Positions 43,453-44,056 of a DNA stretch of 44,056 bases are shown here, piece by piece. The position numbers and the translations under genes were made by a program. Where the stretch lies: IMG/VR virus record IMGVR_UViG_3300030119_000303, positions 1-44,056 of that record. One strand, 5' to 3'. Numbering within the stretch: the stretch's first letter is position 1; each line of letters begins with the position of its first letter. The notes beneath the pieces were generated by a model. That model worked only from the letters and a program-made list of their open reading frames with translations. It ran no database searches and had not been told where the DNA came from. The stretch comes from a virus (taxonomy: Duplodnaviria; Caudoviricetes).

Positions 43453-43484
43453 ATCTTATATGCTATATAAGCTATTCATGTCAA
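43453..43484 (-). promoter_or_regulatory. Possible sigma70 early promoter
   Basis: Perfect TTGACA, but the -10 is imperfect (TATAAG at 18-nt spacing). Confidence 0.4.
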
Positions 43485-43600
43485 ACAATATAATTAACTT
43501 ATTTTCACCTAAATCATTAAATGCCTGATTATCCTATTAATTTAATTCCCTATTTATCTATTGGTTATGCGTAACCTGTCATGTATTCTATTCAGTTTAT

Positions 43601-44056
43601 TGCATAAGTATTCACTTGCATAAGTATTCATAAGTATTCATAAGTATTCACTGGTAGTTATTACTAGCTAATTATAAGCGCACTAACCATATGGTCAGGG
43701 ATGTTGCAAAAAATAGCCCCAAATAGGTATAGGTATATATGTATGTAGGTATGGGTGTGTATTGTTAAGAAGATAGCTATGGGTGTGTAGGTATAGGTAT
43801 CACCACCCGCATGTATGTATAGGTATGTATACCTGTATGTATCCCTGTCACCAGGTAGATACCAGATAGCTACCAGGTATCACCACCACCTTCCCAAAAT
43901 AACAACATAGCCACTACTAATAACACTTTAGCCACTACTAATAATAGCTACTACTAATAATTACATGCTACTAATAATCTAGCTTATAATGATAGTAACC
44001 ACTAACTAACAGGGGGGAGTGAGACCTTTTTTAGTTCCAGCGAGATGGCTTTCCTA
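43601..44056. repeat. Right terminal direct repeat (imperfect copy of 1-403)
   Basis: Same order of blocks as 1-403 but 53 bp longer, with different repeat-unit counts. Confidence 0.9.

Noticed and set aside
1-44056. Stop-codon reassignment suggested by abundant TAG trinucleotides; tRNAs; integrase; DGR or retron
   Set aside because: Standard-code ORFs tile the genome with intact genes. No tRNA cloverleaf, recombinase or reverse transcriptase motif was noticed.

Overview
The window is an apparently complete, AT-rich, ~44 kb tailed dsDNA phage genome of podovirus type (short tail, ejection proteins). No integrase or repressor was recognised, so it is probably lytic. The host is probably a Gammaproteobacterium (inference). 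Two related but non-identical terminal repeat copies bound it (1-403 and 43601-44056). The + arm (520-21674) encodes terminase, portal, scaffold, major capsid, adaptor, tailspike, a pesticin-type lysin with two membrane proteins, nozzle and three ejection proteins. The convergent - arm (21675-43409) carries early hypothetical genes and a replication/recombination module: RecD-like helicase, Cas4-like nuclease, Sak4-like ATPase, SSB-like protein, family A DNA polymerase, DUF3987 ATPase, DEDDh nuclease, MazG and a mini BTLCP protease. No primase, RNA polymerase or ligase was recognised. The most interesting signals are: (i) two short linear motifs shared among unrelated replication proteins, one basic (KDKLAxhRA-like) and one acidic (D/N-I/V-D-x-h-L-D), suggesting a peptide-docking replisome network; (ii) a ~500 bp dyad-symmetric non-coding element with an AT-rich core (candidate origin) next to a sigma54-type site; (iii) two distantly similar ~240 aa proteins, each with a triple-hairpin leader and its own terminator; (iv) PolA with His at the 762-equivalent position and a degenerate UDG-like N-terminus; (v) palindrome-embedded ribosome-binding sites. 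All family assignments come from motif recognition by eye, not database searches.
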